Shown piece after piece: positions 1 to 9,844 of a stretch of DNA of 42,987 bases. The notes below the pieces were generated by a model. It was not told the origin of the DNA. It did no database searches and was given only the letters and a program-made list of their open reading frames with translations. Location: positions 1 to 42,987 of the forward strand of contig JBBISH010000045.1 in NCBI GenBank assembly GCA_037441385.1, in the 5' to 3' direction. Every line of letters starts with the position of its first letter. Position 1 is the first letter of the stretch. Source of the stretch: Myxococcales bacterium. GTDB taxonomy: Bacteria > Myxococcota_A > UBA9042. The position numbers and the translations under genes were made by a program.

Positions 1-647
1 CCAAGCCTGTGGTCAAGCCGGAGCCCAAGCCCGAGGTCAAACCCGAGCCGAAGCCGGAGCCCAAGCCCGAACCCAAGGCGCAACCGGAGCCGACTCGCCC
101 AGCCCAAGGCAGCGAAGCGGGTGCGCCCAATCCCAAGATGGCCATCGAAGTCGCCAAGTTCTTCCGGATTTGGAGCAAGCACGTCGCAACTGGCAATGCC
201 GACGCGCTGTGCGGCGAAGTCGACGAGCAAGTGCTGATCGACATCTCGACCGCTCAGCCCAAGATCCGCATCAAGCAAGCGATGAGTTCGGCGGAGGCGT
301 GTGAGTCGTTGAAATCGGGCGAATTGGCTGGCTATCTGCGCGAATTTGGCCCGACCGAAGTGCACGCCGAGGTCGAGTACCTGTTGCCTACTCTCTTTGT
401 CATGCACGGCGCGCCGTTCTTGAAGCTCGACGAGGCGACGCAGGCCCGCTACGCCGAGCAAGTGAACAAGACCCGCACGGCCGAAAACAAGAAGCCGCTG
501 GCGTGCACCGTGTACGGCGCGGCCACGATGGGCGACGAAAACTTTGTCGTGCAAATGGGTTGCGACGGGGTGCAGGCGTTCCGCCTCATCCTGCGCCGCC
601 AAGCCGAGGGCGTGTTCAAGGTGATGCGCTTCATCTTGACCCGCTGA
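1..647 (+). CDS. Hypothetical protein, 5'-truncated by the window edge; Pro/Lys/Glu-rich (KPEP)n linker followed by a globular C-terminal domain
   Basis: Frame is open from the window start; KPEPKPEVKPEPKPEP repeats; GC3-biased codons; stop TGA at 645-647. Confidence 0.75.
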   Translation, partial: KPVVKPEPKPEVKPEPKPEPKPEPKAQPEPTRPAQGSEAGAPNPKMAIEVAKFFRIWSKHVATGNADALCGEVDEQVLIDISTAQPKIRIKQAMSSAEACESLKSGELAGYLREFGPTEVHAEVEYLLPTLFVMHGAPFLKLDEATQARYAEQVNKTRTAENKKPLACTVYGAATMGDENFVVQMGCDGVQAFRLILRRQAEGVFKVMRFILTR

Positions 648-684
648 TCGTTCGGCCCCAATTCCATGCCGGACCGGTGGACCG

Positions 685-1155
685 ATGGCCGCTGATTTGC
701 CCGCGCCGCGGCATGCCGCATTGGTCCACGAGCAAACCTGTTTTGCGTGCAGCGGCGGATCCGACCTGCAGAACCGGTTCACTTACGACCCGGAACAGCG
801 CGTCGCCCACGGCGATACGATCTTTGGTCCCGGCTGCCAAGGGGCGCCGGGTTTCGCCCATGGTGGTGCGGTGTTCACCATTCTGGACGAGGTGATGGGC
901 TCGGCTTGTTGGCTGGGCGGTCTGCCGGTGATGACGGGCCGGGCGACCATCCACTACAAGCAGCCCGTGCCGCTGAATGTGCCGATCCGGTCGCAGGGGC
1001 GCGTGACCAGCATCGACGGCAAGAAAGTACACGTTCACGGTGAGTTGCATGGCCCAGAGGGCCTGTGCGCCTATGCCGAGGGCTTGTTCATTCGCATCGA
1101 CGGCCGCTACCACTGGCCGGTGCGATTGGAGAAGGTGGGCAATGAAGAGCAATAG
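685..1155 (+). CDS. PaaI-family (hotdog-fold) thioesterase
   Basis: CFAC..., QGAPGFAHGGAVFTILDEVMG, IHYKQPVP and AEGLFI motifs typical of PaaI/4HBT thioesterases. Confidence 0.85.
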   Translation: MAADLPAPRHAALVHEQTCFACSGGSDLQNRFTYDPEQRVAHGDTIFGPGCQGAPGFAHGGAVFTILDEVMGSACWLGGLPVMTGRATIHYKQPVPLNVPIRSQGRVTSIDGKKVHVHGELHGPEGLCAYAEGLFIRIDGRYHWPVRLEKVGNEEQ

Positions 1156-3691
1156 TTCTGGAGTCTTGCTGGGTCGTAGCCTGATCGCGGCGGCGCTTGG
1201 CGCCGTGGTGCTGTCCGCCGCGGTCGCGCACGCCGACCAGGGTCTGCTGGCCTTGCCTGGCAACCAGGCGGCCACGCCCGATGGTGCGCTCTCGCTGCTG
1301 AGCAACCCGGCGGGCTTGAACGGGATCTCGGGCTACGACCTGCGCCTGCAGCTGGGCGGTGGCGGGACGAGTCCGCGGCTGCTGAGCGACGGCTCGCGCC
1401 AAGACGGCCTGGCGCTGGGACTGGCGGCGGCGATGCCGCTCGGCCCACTGGCGCTGGGTGGTGCTATCGAGACCGTGAGCCTGCTGGGCCCCACCCAGAG
1501 CGCCCGCCGCGACCTGGCCCAAGGCCGGTTGGCGCTGAGCGTGGCGACCTCGGACCGGCTGCGGGTGGCGCTGGAGTGGCTGGGGCGAAGCGACGACGGC
1601 GAACCCGCGCGGCATGGTTGGCGGTTGGGTGCGCTGTGGCATCCGGCGAGTTGGCTTGCCCTGGGCGTGCGCGGCGGCGTGGACCCGCGCAACGCCTGGG
1701 ACTCGCGGACCAACGCAAGTCTTGGTCTTGGCGTGGCACTGCGACCGCTGGGCACGGATCGCTGGACGCTGTCGGCCGAAGTCGAGCCCGAGCTGGCCGA
1801 CGGCCTTGGCCGCAACGCCGCCAGCCTATCGACCAGCGTGACGTTGGCGCGCGGCGTGCAACTGGTGGCGCAGGAAACGGCTCAGCAATATTCCTCGTCA
1901 GGAATACAAGCTTACGAAATACGCACATCTGCGCTTCTTCGGGTCAGCTTTGGCGGCTTTGGCGGCGATGTGGGCGGCCAGGTCGACAGCCGCGGGCGCG
2001 CCAGTTGGGTACCCGACGCGGTGGTGGGGCTGCGGCTGTCCGGCGACCGCTTGCCCAGCCAACTGGACCGCGGCGACCCGGTGGTCATCGTGGACCTGAA
2101 AGGCGAGCTGACGGAACACCAGGGGCAGAGCGGCACGCACATGGCCTCGCTCTTGCTGACCCTGCGGCGACTGGCCGGCCAGTCCGCCACGGGCGTGGTG
2201 GTGCTGCGGACGCGTGCGCTGAAGCTGGATTGGGCCCAGGTCGAGGAGTTGCGTACCGCAATTCAGCACTTGCGCAAGGCCGGCAAGGTGGTGGTCTGGC
2301 ACGCCGACGAGTTGGGCACCCGCGGGCTGGCAGCGGCTGCGGCGTGCACGCGGATTTGGCTGGTGCCGGCCGGCTCGGTGATGGCGCATGGCATCGCGGC
2401 CGATTTCGTTCCGCTCGCCGAAGCGTTGAGCCGCGTGGGCGTGGCGGTGCAGGTGGCCCGCTACTCTGAATTCAAGAGCGCCGGCGAGAGCCTGGAGCGC
2501 CGCGACCTTTCGCCAGAGCTGCGCCAGACCCTGGAGCACGCAGTCGAGCGGCGATGGCGGGATTTTGCCGAGACGGTTGCGCTGGGCCGCGATGTGACCC
2601 CTGGGCAGGTCGAGGCCGCGCTGGCGGCAGGCGCCGTCTACCCCAGCGACGCCAAGGCAGCTCACCTGATCGATGCGGTGGTGCCTCCGGGCCAGTTGGA
2701 CGCCCAGCTAGTCCGCGAAGGCTGGTTGGAGCCCGGTGAATCGGCCAGCCCCGTGGGCGGCGCACCGCTGCGGCGCGGCCAATGGGGTCCGCCGCCGTCG
2801 ATCGCCGTGGTGCAGATCGACGGGAACATCACCGATCACGACTCGGGCCGCGGGCTGACCGGGGCCAGCGTGGGTGGCACTCAGACTGCCAAGCTGATTC
2901 GCGATTTGGGGCGCGATCCCAACACGGCAGCGGTGGTGGCGCGCATTGCCTCGGGTGGCGGCAGCGCCAGCGGTAGCGAAGCCATGCGCGAAGCTCTGGT
3001 CGAAGCGGCCGAGAAGAAGCCGGTAGTCGCGTCGATGGGCGGCATTGCGGCAAGCGGCGGTTTTTGGCTTGCCTTGGGGGCGCCGCTGGTCCTGGCCGAT
3101 CGCAGTACGGTAACGGGCTCGATCGGCATCCTGCTGATCAAGCCCGAATTCTCGGGTTTATACGGCAAGTTGGGTGCCACACCGGCCGTCTTGGCCCGCG
3201 GTCCATGGCCAGGGATCGAGAGCACCGATCGGCCGTGGACACCCGAAGAGTTCGCCTTTGTGCACAAACAGTTGGGTCGCTTCTACGGGCTCTTCATCGA
3301 TCGCGTTGCCAGCCGGCGCAAGCTAGAGCGCGACCAAGTCCTGGCGCTGGCCGGCGGTCGCCTGTGGTTTGGCGACGAAGCAGTGCAGCGCAAGCTGGTA
3401 GACCGCACTGGTGGGTTGCTGGACGCCCTGGCGCTGGTCGAGCAGCAGGCCGACCAAGGGCCGCTGGCCGTGCGCTTTGTGCCCGAGCTGTCTTGGGGGG
3501 ACAAGCTGCGCGGCGCACTCGGTATTTCGGCCGAAGATGGCGGCCAGCTCGCCCAGATCGCGGGTTCGGCGCCAGCGTTGGCGCTGCTGCGGGCTGTGGG
3601 GCCGTGGCTAGACGCCGCCGCTTTGGCCGTACTGGCCGACGGACGGCCACAGGCCTACAGCGAGGTCGCGGCCGAGCCACGCGGGCCGTAG
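1142..3691 (+). CDS. sppA: Signal peptide peptidase SppA (tandem S49 domains) with an N-terminal beta-rich, outer-membrane-barrel-like domain
   Basis: Start MKSNSS at ATG 1142, overlapping the upstream stop; signal peptide; FKSAGE (Lys) and SMGGIAASGGFW (Ser) catalytic motifs; TGSIGI; GGRLWFGDEA..LVDRTGGL. Confidence 0.85.
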   Translation: MKSNSSGVLLGRSLIAAALGAVVLSAAVAHADQGLLALPGNQAATPDGALSLLSNPAGLNGISGYDLRLQLGGGGTSPRLLSDGSRQDGLALGLAAAMPLGPLALGGAIETVSLLGPTQSARRDLAQGRLALSVATSDRLRVALEWLGRSDDGEPARHGWRLGALWHPASWLALGVRGGVDPRNAWDSRTNASLGLGVALRPLGTDRWTLSAEVEPELADGLGRNAASLSTSVTLARGVQLVAQETAQQYSSSGIQAYEIRTSALLRVSFGGFGGDVGGQVDSRGRASWVPDAVVGLRLSGDRLPSQLDRGDPVVIVDLKGELTEHQGQSGTHMASLLLTLRRLAGQSATGVVVLRTRALKLDWAQVEELRTAIQHLRKAGKVVVWHADELGTRGLAAAAACTRIWLVPAGSVMAHGIAADFVPLAEALSRVGVAVQVARYSEFKSAGESLERRDLSPELRQTLEHAVERRWRDFAETVALGRDVTPGQVEAALAAGAVYPSDAKAAHLIDAVVPPGQLDAQLVREGWLEPGESASPVGGAPLRRGQWGPPPSIAVVQIDGNITDHDSGRGLTGASVGGTQTAKLIRDLGRDPNTAAVVARIASGGGSASGSEAMREALVEAAEKKPVVASMGGIAASGGFWLALGAPLVLADRSTVTGSIGILLIKPEFSGLYGKLGATPAVLARGPWPGIESTDRPWTPEEFAFVHKQLGRFYGLFIDRVASRRKLERDQVLALAGGRLWFGDEAVQRKLVDRTGGLLDALALVEQQADQGPLAVRFVPELSWGDKLRGALGISAEDGGQLAQIAGSAPALALLRAVGPWLDAAALAVLADGRPQAYSEVAAEPRGP

Positions 3692-3798
3692 TCGCCGCAG
3701 GTCAGCCAAGTGCCCTGCGGCAGGCTGCGCGATGCCTTGCCGGCCATCGGCTGACCAGGAATGGCAGCGAAGGCGCTTGGGTTCTGCTTGGCGGCCCG

Positions 3799-3828
3799 TT
3801 GGCAGGGCGGCGCGAGCGCCTGTATAGT
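3799..3828 (+). promoter_or_regulatory. Candidate sigma70 promoter for the 3891 gene
   Basis: TTGGCA-N18-TATAGT about 60 nt upstream of GGAG-ATG(3891). Confidence 0.4.
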
Positions 3829-3890
3829 GGCCTAGAGCCGGGCGGTCGCTACCCGTCACCGTACCAAGGCGCACAAACCAGCGGAGCGAC

Positions 3891-6800
3891 ATGGCCCTTC
3901 TCCCCCGTATCCAGCCGCGCCCTGCAGGCCCCTGCCTCCACGCCTGGGCGTGGATGGTGGCTTTGGTGCTCGCCGCGACGAGTTGCTCGTCCGATCCGGT
4001 GGCCAACGGTGGCAGCAGTGCGGACGCCGTCAGCAGCGACGCAGGCAAAGGCCCAGACGGCGCAACTCTGCAAAAACTGGCGGTCACCAGCGTCACGCCC
4101 GCACGCGGTGGCCTGGACGGCGGCGAGCAGCTTGACATAGCCGGCACCGGCTTTAGCCCCACCAGCAAAGTGTTCATTGGCGACAGCGAGGCAGCCGTGC
4201 AGTGGCGCGCCGGCACCACCCACGTTTTCGTCACGGCACCGTCGGCCAAAGTGGCCGGTCTGGCCGATGTCCGCGTGGGTCCCAACAAGGCCGGCGCCGT
4301 GGTGCTCAAGGGCGGCTACGCCTACCTAGACGCCGTCGCGATCACCGCCTTTGCGCCCAGCAACGGACCCATGAGCGGCGGCAGCGAAATCACCGTGCGC
4401 GGCGAAGGGTTCCGCGATGGCGACCGCGTGCTGGTGGGCTTTGCCGAAGCGCTGAATACCCGCTGGATCGACGACAAGACTTTGATCGCGCAAACGCCGC
4501 CCTACAGCGCCAGCGACACGATGGACACGGCCAAAGTCGTGGTTTCGGTTCGGCATGCCGGCGGGGTGGCCCACGCCAAGGATGCGTTTACTTACGGCCG
4601 TGCGCCCAAGCTCGAGCGGGTCAAGCCGGCCGTGGTGGGGATGGGCGGCGGCACCGTCAGCCTGGTGGGTGTGGGGCTTGGCAACGCCGAAAAGATGTAC
4701 GCGCACGGCGCGTTGGGCGTGCTGCAAGGCGATACGCCCGCCGGTCGCGCCGCTGTGGTGCCGGCGCTGACGGCTCTGGACCCTGCGGCGCAACCAGGTC
4801 CGGCCGATGTGGTGCTCATCAGCCCCTACGGCAACGACAAGCTTTCGCCCGCGTTCGCGTACGTGGACCCATCGCTCAAAACGCCGGTGCTGTACGGGGT
4901 CACGCCCAATTCCGGTCTGACCTCGGGCGGGACCGAAGTGGCGCTGCTGGCGGGCCTGCCGGACGGCGCCGAGGTCCAAAAGGTCCTGTTCGGCGGCGCT
5001 TCGGTGCAGTACAAGCAAAATGGGACCGCGCTCCAAGCCACTTCGCCTGCGGGCCCGGCCGGCCCGGTGGCGGTCACAGTGGTTACCAGTGCCGGCACCG
5101 CCACGTTGGATGGCGCGTTCACGCGTTTTGCCCCGGTGGTCGTGTCGGCGATCACCCCCGCCTTGGGGCCTATCGCAGGCGGGACCGCCGTCAAAATCAG
5201 CGGCAGCGGCTTTGCCAAAGGCTGCTTGGTGCGGCTGGGCATGTACTCGGCCGACGTGACCTCGGTGGCCGCCGACGGCAAGTCACTTGGCGCCATTACG
5301 CCGGCCGGGGCCCCCGGCGCCGCCGATGTCGAGGTCAAGTGCGGCAGCCAAAAAGCTACTCTTGCCAATGGCTTTGGGTATACAGACGGCCATCCGCACA
5401 TCAACGCGGTCAGCCCGCCCAGCGGCTCGGTCGGCGGCAGCTCGGTGGTCAAGATCTACGGCAGCGGCTTCAAGAAGGGCATCAAGGTTCATTTTGGCGG
5501 CCTCATCGCCAGCGGCACGACCATCGTGCACAGCGGTCTGCTGACCGTGGTTACGCCGCCCCACCCGGCGGGGCCAGTCAACGTCGACGTGCTCGATGGC
5601 AACGATACGGACACTTTGCTCGACGGCTACGAGTACTACGCACCGGGCAGTCCAGACGGCGGCACCTGGGGCACCAGCGCCGCCGGCACGCTCAACGTCA
5701 CGGTGCTCGACATCTACACGCGCGAGCCGATCGAGGACGCAACGGTGCAACTCGGCTCGCCCGGCGACGCGGTCTACGAAAAACACAGCGGCGCCACCAA
5801 CCAGAACGGCATGATCGTGTTCTCGGGCCCCGAAGTCATCGCCCCGGTGCGGGTGTCGGCGACCAAGCCCGAATACACCAGCAGTTCGATCGTGCAGTTC
5901 GACGCCACCAACGCGACCTTGCTGCTATTCCCCTACACGCCGCCGCAGCAGGGCAACGGGGGTGGTGGCGGCGGACCCGTTCCGCAGCCGTTCGCGCTTG
6001 TCAAAGGTAAAGTTGTTGACCTTGATAAATATCTAGTCGTACCGCCAGCCAACTGCCTGAGTTCCACGGACACGGGCGACAAGACCTGCAAGACCTGCCA
6101 GTTCGACGCCGACTGCCAAGACCCCGCCAATGGCGACACGGCCTTCCGCTGCGTGGACAACGGCCCCGCGGGCAAGCGCTGTCTGGCCGACTGCAGCACG
6201 CAAAACGTGTGCAAGAAGGGCTTTGTCTGCGTGGCCGACGTCAGCGCACCGGCGGGCCAGGTCTGCAAGCCCACCATCGGCATCCGAGCGGTTTACTGCG
6301 CCACCAGCATCCGCGACATCGGCGCCGACTCCGAGAATCCGCTGCCGTCGCAGTTCGACAACAAGGGCGCCCTGCCCTACGAGACCGCACCGGTGGACCC
6401 GGTCACGGGCAACTACGAGATGACCACACGACTGGACGAACTGGCGGTGGTGTGCATCGGCGGCTACATCGTCAACACAACCAACACGTTTGTGCCCACG
6501 GCGATGGGCGTACACCGGCATGTGTTCCCGCAGCCCAACTTTGGCAACCCGGGCGATGCGGTCACGGGCATCGACGTCAAGCTGAACATCCCGCTCAGCC
6601 GCACGCTGCAAGTGCGCCTGGACCATCCGCAACCGTTCTTGGCGGGCTTGGGCGGCACGTTGCAGGTCGCGCCGTGGATCAACCTGGGCTCGGATGGTTT
6701 GGTCCGCCTGCCTGGGTACCTCAGCGAGCCCAAAGGGGGCGGGACCGGGGTGGTCGACGACGTCGCGCTCAAATACCAGCCCGTGTCGCTGCCCATGGAC

Positions 6801-8183
6801 CTGAGCACGACCCACTACTCGTTCTATGCGCACGCGATGTTCGGCACCTACACCGAGGTGGGGCCGATCACGCTGACCATGCACGACACCGTGATTGCGC
6901 CCGGCGATGCCAATTTCCGCGTGCGCGGCGGCACGGGCGAGACCACGGACAGCGCGTTGGGCATGGACCTGGACCTGACCGCCGTCGTCAGCGGCAGCGA
7001 CGGACGGGTGGCCGCGGTGGCGCGCGACGGCGGTATTTGGCGCGGCTATCCGAAGGAACCGCTGCTCATCTGGCTGCCGCCCGTCATCGACCCCTACGAG
7101 AAGCCGCCAGCCGTGCTCGCCATGGCGGGGACCCCACCGAATGCCACCATGGTCGGCGCCGGCGGCTTGGTGCGGCACTTGCTGGGCAGCAAAGTCACGA
7201 CCGAGAACTCGGGTACGCAGGCCGAGTTGCGGGCCGTGTGCGCGGGGCCCCTGGGGCGCGTGGCCGTGGGGGCCCAAGGCACGGCGATCGTCGACCGCGG
7301 GGCTGGCTGGCAGGCGGTCAGCGGCGCCAAAGCGACCGGTTGGAATGCCGTGGCCTGCACGCCCTTTGGCGCGGTGGCCGGCGGCGACGGCGGTGCTGTG
7401 TTGCGGATCGACTTGAGCGGCGCCGAGGTTGCCGTCAGCGAATCGAACGCCGGCAGCGCCGACCTGCGCGCGGCGACCGTTGCCGGCGGCAAGATCTGGC
7501 TGGGCGGCGACGTCGCTGGCGGCTTGCCATCCCTGTGGCTGAGCGGCGACGGCAGCAACTGGGAGACCGGTTGGCCGCTGGGCAGCGTGACACCGGCCGT
7601 CAAAGCGCTGGTCGCGATCGTGCCGCTGGGCGACGCCGCCCTGCTGTTGGTGGACCGCGAAGGCGGCCAGTTCCGCTTGGATGCCAAGGGGTTGACGGAC
7701 GAGTCGCCAGAGCGGCGCGACCTGCGCCCGCGAGCCGGGACTTTGCTGCCCGATGGCTCGGCCGTGCTGGTGGGCGAGCCCGGCCTGTGGCTGGGGCCGT
7801 TCCTCACCATCCCTAGCATCGACAGCCCAGCCCCGGGGAGTGGCCTGTCCGGCGCCGTCAAGGTCGAGTGGAGCAACTTGCCCGGCCCCAAGCCGTCGTT
7901 CACACGGGTGCACGTCGACGCGGGCCTGGATCCCCAATCGGGATGGGGATTTCCGTTCTGGTGGATCTACGTGGGCCCCACCATCAACGAATTCACTCTG
8001 CCCGACTTCGGGGCCATAGGGATCAACCCGTTCCCGCAGCTGCAGTCGGGCGGCGACTACTCCATCCGCGTAGACCGCGGCTACATCCCCAACTTCTCGA
8101 TCAACGGCTTTGCCACCTACGACCTCGAATTCGGTCGCTGGCGGTCGCGGGCCAGCAACTTCCTGACCATCGGCCAGCCGTAG
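3891..8183 (+). CDS. Large IPT/TIG-repeat lipoprotein (about 6 IPT/TIG domains, carboxypeptidase-regulatory-like domain, Cys-rich module, beta-propeller-like region)
   Basis: GGAG RBS; lipobox VLAATSC; repeated VTSVTPxxGxxxGGxxxxIxGxGF...F/Y units; Cys cluster around aa 720-800. Confidence 0.85.
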   Translation: MALLPRIQPRPAGPCLHAWAWMVALVLAATSCSSDPVANGGSSADAVSSDAGKGPDGATLQKLAVTSVTPARGGLDGGEQLDIAGTGFSPTSKVFIGDSEAAVQWRAGTTHVFVTAPSAKVAGLADVRVGPNKAGAVVLKGGYAYLDAVAITAFAPSNGPMSGGSEITVRGEGFRDGDRVLVGFAEALNTRWIDDKTLIAQTPPYSASDTMDTAKVVVSVRHAGGVAHAKDAFTYGRAPKLERVKPAVVGMGGGTVSLVGVGLGNAEKMYAHGALGVLQGDTPAGRAAVVPALTALDPAAQPGPADVVLISPYGNDKLSPAFAYVDPSLKTPVLYGVTPNSGLTSGGTEVALLAGLPDGAEVQKVLFGGASVQYKQNGTALQATSPAGPAGPVAVTVVTSAGTATLDGAFTRFAPVVVSAITPALGPIAGGTAVKISGSGFAKGCLVRLGMYSADVTSVAADGKSLGAITPAGAPGAADVEVKCGSQKATLANGFGYTDGHPHINAVSPPSGSVGGSSVVKIYGSGFKKGIKVHFGGLIASGTTIVHSGLLTVVTPPHPAGPVNVDVLDGNDTDTLLDGYEYYAPGSPDGGTWGTSAAGTLNVTVLDIYTREPIEDATVQLGSPGDAVYEKHSGATNQNGMIVFSGPEVIAPVRVSATKPEYTSSSIVQFDATNATLLLFPYTPPQQGNGGGGGGPVPQPFALVKGKVVDLDKYLVVPPANCLSSTDTGDKTCKTCQFDADCQDPANGDTAFRCVDNGPAGKRCLADCSTQNVCKKGFVCVADVSAPAGQVCKPTIGIRAVYCATSIRDIGADSENPLPSQFDNKGALPYETAPVDPVTGNYEMTTRLDELAVVCIGGYIVNTTNTFVPTAMGVHRHVFPQPNFGNPGDAVTGIDVKLNIPLSRTLQVRLDHPQPFLAGLGGTLQVAPWINLGSDGLVRLPGYLSEPKGGGTGVVDDVALKYQPVSLPMDLSTTHYSFYAHAMFGTYTEVGPITLTMHDTVIAPGDANFRVRGGTGETTDSALGMDLDLTAVVSGSDGRVAAVARDGGIWRGYPKEPLLIWLPPVIDPYEKPPAVLAMAGTPPNATMVGAGGLVRHLLGSKVTTENSGTQAELRAVCAGPLGRVAVGAQGTAIVDRGAGWQAVSGAKATGWNAVACTPFGAVAGGDGGAVLRIDLSGAEVAVSESNAGSADLRAATVAGGKIWLGGDVAGGLPSLWLSGDGSNWETGWPLGSVTPAVKALVAIVPLGDAALLLVDREGGQFRLDAKGLTDESPERRDLRPRAGTLLPDGSAVLVGEPGLWLGPFLTIPSIDSPAPGSGLSGAVKVEWSNLPGPKPSFTRVHVDAGLDPQSGWGFPFWWIYVGPTINEFTLPDFGAIGINPFPQLQSGGDYSIRVDRGYIPNFSINGFATYDLEFGRWRSRASNFLTIGQP

Positions 8184-8207
8184 CCTGGCGCCCGACCAAG
8201 AGGAAAC

Positions 8208-9263
8208 ATGCCCAGTTCCGGTGTGCGCGTGATCGCTGCGCGCGATGAAGCCCTTGTCCAGCACGTGCGCCAAGGTGCCGCTCTCTTTGGCCGCGACGAT
8301 CTGCTCGCGGTGACGGCCAAAGGCAAGGACTTCAAGAAGTTCTTGCACGCCATGCTGACCCAAGACGTCAAGGGCTTGCCCGATGGCAGCCTGCGGACCA
8401 CCTGCCTATGCGACCCGCAGGGTGCGGTCTTGACGACGGCGATTCAATTCGTGGGCGCCAATTCGGCCACCCTGTGGACCGAGCGAGGCCTGGCCGAGAC
8501 GCTGCGCGAGACGCTGGACCGCTACGTCATCATGGACGAGGTCGATCTCGCAGTCGACGAGGATCTCGCGCTCGTGCAACTCATCGGCACCGAGGCCGCG
8601 GAGGTGGCGAGCCAGTTGGGCCTGGCGCTGCCCGAGTTGGGCCTGTGGCACACGCAGCAAGTCCAGGCGATTCCTGTGATCGTGGGCCGCGGAGTGGCGG
8701 GAGGTGCTCTGGGATCGCCGCTTGGCCAGGCCCTGCCGTGCCTGTTCTTGCAGATGGCGCGCGACCACCTGGGCGACGTCGCTGGCGCGTTCTTGGAGGC
8801 GGGCACAAAGGCGGGCAGCCATGCGGCCTTTGAGGTGTTGCGCATCGCCAGCGGCTGGCCGTCGATCGGCGCAGGCGACGTGGACCCGGGCAGCCTGCCT
8901 CTAGAAATCGGCCTGAAGACCGCCGTCGATTACCGCAAGGGCTGCTACATGGGTCAGGAAGCGATCGCCATGATGACCTACCGTGGGCAAATTCGCCGCC
9001 ACCTTTGCTGGGTTGAGGGCGAGGGGCAACCAACTGCTGGGTGGACGCTGCGCGACACGGCCGGCAAACGCGCCGGCAAGATGGGCTCGGCCGTGCTGCT
9101 GCCGGGCGGGCGCTTGCTGGGGCTGGCCAGTGTGCAGCGCAAAGCGTACGCTCCGGGGGCCGTGCTGACGGCCGCCAGCGAAGATGGCGCGAGCACTGCC
9201 CAAGTGCGCGTCGTCACCACCACCGTCCCCGGCGTGCTGGCCGCCGAAGGAACTGCAGCATGA
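8208..9263 (+). CDS. ygfZ: YgfZ/GcvT-like folate-binding Fe-S cluster maintenance protein
   Basis: Signature KGCYMGQE; FLHAMLTQDV; LDRYVIMDEV; AGAGGA RBS. Confidence 0.88.
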   Translation: MPSSGVRVIAARDEALVQHVRQGAALFGRDDLLAVTAKGKDFKKFLHAMLTQDVKGLPDGSLRTTCLCDPQGAVLTTAIQFVGANSATLWTERGLAETLRETLDRYVIMDEVDLAVDEDLALVQLIGTEAAEVASQLGLALPELGLWHTQQVQAIPVIVGRGVAGGALGSPLGQALPCLFLQMARDHLGDVAGAFLEAGTKAGSHAAFEVLRIASGWPSIGAGDVDPGSLPLEIGLKTAVDYRKGCYMGQEAIAMMTYRGQIRRHLCWVEGEGQPTAGWTLRDTAGKRAGKMGSAVLLPGGRLLGLASVQRKAYAPGAVLTAASEDGASTAQVRVVTTTVPGVLAAEGTAA

Positions 9264-9820
9264 TCATTGGCCTGACTGGACGCAACGCCTCGGGCAAGGG
9301 CACCGTCGCCGACTGGCTGGTGGCACAGGGCTTCTTCTACACATCGCTATCCGACGCGATTCGCACCTGGCTCACCGAACAGGGGCTGGAGACGTCGCGC
9401 GACAACCTGATCTACGGCGGGCGGACCCTGCGCAGCCAAGGCGGGCCGGGTGTGCTGGCTGTGCGGACCCTGCAGAGCCTGCCTGCGGGCCGCGACGTGG
9501 TGGTCGACAGCATCCGCACCCCGGCCGAGGTCGAGGCTCTGCGCACCCGGCCCGACTTTGTGCTGCTCGAGGTCTTTGCCGACGAGCGCCTGCGCTATGA
9601 CCGCCTCAAGGCCCGCGGCCGGGCGGGCGATGCCAAAGACTTTGATGAGTTCGTCCGTCATGAGCAGGCCGAGTTGACCTCGTCGGACTCGGCGGGCCAG
9701 CAGCTGGTCGCCACGGCGGACCTGGCCGACGTCCGCGTGGACAATGGCCGCCAGCTACAGGATTTGTCTGCTGATCTTCAAAGTCTGCTCGCGGGTTGGC
9801 GCACGCGCTGGCCGAGCTGA
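9260..9820 (+). CDS. P-loop nucleotide kinase (dephospho-CoA-kinase/UPF0200-like)
   Basis: MIIGLTGRNASGKGT Walker A; SLSDAIR; VVDSIRTPAEV; ATGA overlap with the ygfZ stop. Confidence 0.8.
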   Translation: MIIGLTGRNASGKGTVADWLVAQGFFYTSLSDAIRTWLTEQGLETSRDNLIYGGRTLRSQGGPGVLAVRTLQSLPAGRDVVVDSIRTPAEVEALRTRPDFVLLEVFADERLRYDRLKARGRAGDAKDFDEFVRHEQAELTSSDSAGQQLVATADLADVRVDNGRQLQDLSADLQSLLAGWRTRWPS

Positions 9821-9844
9821 CAACCAAGTACCTGGGGGATTTTC

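Noticed and set aside
3..95. 12-bp periodic DNA repeat at the window start
   Set aside because: Simply encodes the (KPEP)n protein linker, with synonymous variation
4202..8363. Long alternative-frame ORFs (4202-6010 +, 6209-7816 +, 6033-8363 -)
   Set aside because: Arg/Gly-rich or antisense shadows of the 1430-aa gene, expected from high GC3 codon bias; no motifs
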